From positions 11,556 to 75,555 of the forward strand of contig CAJTPJ010000003.1 in assembly GCA_910578145.1 (NCBI GenBank): a stretch of DNA of 64,000 nucleotides. The letters are read 5' to 3'. The position numbers were made by a program, and so were the translations under genes. The notes below the pieces were generated by a model. It was not told the DNA's origin. It saw only the letters and a program-made list of their open reading frames with translations, and did not search any database. Source of the stretch: an uncultured Christensenella sp. (GTDB taxonomy: Bacteria; Bacillota; Clostridia; Christensenellales; Borkfalkiaceae). Shown here piece after piece: positions 63,303-64,000 of the stretch; position 1 is the stretch's first letter, and each line of letters starts with the position of its first letter.

Positions 63303-63331
63303 TTGACTTGCCGTTTATATTTGTTTAAAAT
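63303..63331 (+). promoter_or_regulatory. Sigma-70-type promoter for glyQS (a second similar TTGACTTG...TAAAAT motif lies at 63248-63277)
   Basis: TTGACT (63303-63308), a 17-nt spacer, and TAAAAT (63326-63331). The upstream copy has TTGACT (63248-63253), an 18-nt spacer, and TAAAAT (63272-63277). Confidence 0.55.
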
Positions 63332-63362
63332 TACCGTATACACTTACCAAACGGAGATTATT

Positions 63363-64000
63363 ATGGCAGAAAAAAAGAGAGCTGTTACCCAGGAAAAATT
63401 AGTAGCGCTTTGCAAAAACAGAGGATTTATTTTCCCCGGAAGCGAAATTTACGGCGGGCTTGCAAACACCTGGGACTTTGGTCCTCTCGGCGTGGAATTT
63501 AAAAACAACGTAAAAAAGGCGTGGTGGAAAAAGTTCGTTCAGGAAAGCGAATACAACGTAGGGCTTGATTGCGCTATTCTTATGAACACTCGTACTTGGA
63601 AGGCGTCCGGTCATTTGGGCGGATTTTCCGACCCGCTTATGGATTGCAGAAGCTGTAAATCACGCCACCGCGCGGATAATCTTGCGGAAGATTACTGCAA
63701 AAAGCATAAATTGGATATAAAAATAGAGAGTATGGACAACGACGCTTTGGAAGCGTTTATAGCCGAAAAGAAAATTGCGTGCCCCGTTTGCGGTAAAAGC
63801 GATTTTACGCCTATCAGAAAGTTTAACCTTATGTTTAAAACTTTTCAGGGCGTTACCGAAGACAGCGTAAACACGGTTTATCTGCGCCCCGAAACGGCGC
63901 AAGGCATTTTCGTAAACTTTAAAAACGTGCAAAGGTCGTCGCGCAGCCGCGTGCCTTTCGGCATCGGGCAGATAGGTAAATCGTTCAGAAACGAAATTAC
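63363..64000 (+). CDS. glyQS: Glycine--tRNA ligase (alpha2 GlyQS type), N-terminal ~212 codons; continues beyond the window end
   Basis: My translation from the ATG at 63363 (GGAG RBS) reads [55 protein letters not shown]...[16 protein letters not shown], the canonical GlyQS N-terminus. It is not in the ORF track because it has no stop in the window. Confidence 0.92.
   Translation, partial: MAEKKRAVTQEKLVALCKNRGFIFPGSEIYGGLANTWDFGPLGVEFKNNVKKAWWKKFVQESEYNVGLDCAILMNTRTWKASGHLGGFSDPLMDCRSCKSRHRADNLAEDYCKKHKLDIKIESMDNDALEAFIAEKKIACPVCGKSDFTPIRKFNLMFKTFQGVTEDSVNTVYLRPETAQGIFVNFKNVQRSSRSRVPFGIGQIGKSFRNEI

Noticed and set aside
1-64000. I looked for CRISPR arrays, tRNA or rRNA genes, transposase or integrase genes, toxin-antitoxin pairs and known defence genes.
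   Set aside because: I found no regularly spaced direct repeats and no tRNA-like GGTTCGAATCC-type T-arms in intergenic DNA. Intergenic regions are short and are accounted for by promoters and terminators. No ORF carries DDE, tyrosine- or serine-recombinase or nuclease-NTPase defence signatures that I can recognise. Absence is judged by eye only.

Overview
This window looks like dense, operonic core genome from a Firmicutes/Clostridia-like bacterium. By eye the GC content is a little under 50%. Other hallmarks are GGAGG-type ribosome-binding sites, TTGACA-17-TATAAT promoters and many 4-nt ATGA start/stop overlaps. I can support about 60 protein genes. They include dnaG (partial) and a dGTPase-like HD protein. 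One long translationally coupled minus-strand operon runs cdaA, micro-ORF, DUF1015, lysC, MBL hydrolase, aroC, fused aroB-aroE, aroQ, aroK and an SDR. Further genes are holA, a LysR regulator, mnmE, truA, ecfT plus fused ecfA1-ecfA2, pyruvate:ferredoxin oxidoreductase, a PotABCD-type ABC importer, pgi, a Dda/RecD-like helicase and a DeoC-like protein. A ribosome-assembly cluster contains rsfS, fused nadD-yqeK, yhbY and obg, with a Rho-like protein and an unknown 496-aa protein inserted. The rest are tyrA, pgk-tpiA-gpmI, secG-rnr-smpB followed directly by metY-metA, an HtrA-like protease, a UDPGP-family uridylyltransferase, a NUDIX-LemA-DUF2207 group, rplI, glnS, fhs and glyQS (partial). I recognised no rRNA, tRNA, tmRNA, CRISPR array, transposase, integrase or known defence gene, so this is not an obvious accessory island. 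The most unusual items are: (1) an AT-rich 0.56-kb cassette bounded by about 40-bp imperfect inverted repeats and carrying a self-contained 55-aa gene, sitting between PFOR and the pot operon; (2) a Rho-family protein whose catalytic and translocation motifs look degenerate, overlapping obg; (3) an unknown CxxC-rich 496-aa protein inside the obg-yhbY cluster; (4) a roughly 275-nt pot leader that ends in an intrinsic terminator and may be an unclassified attenuator or riboswitch; (5) a 35-aa transmembrane micro-ORF occupying the position of cdaR; (6) several gene fusions and an insertion in pgk. All family assignments rest on motif recognition by eye. No database search was run.
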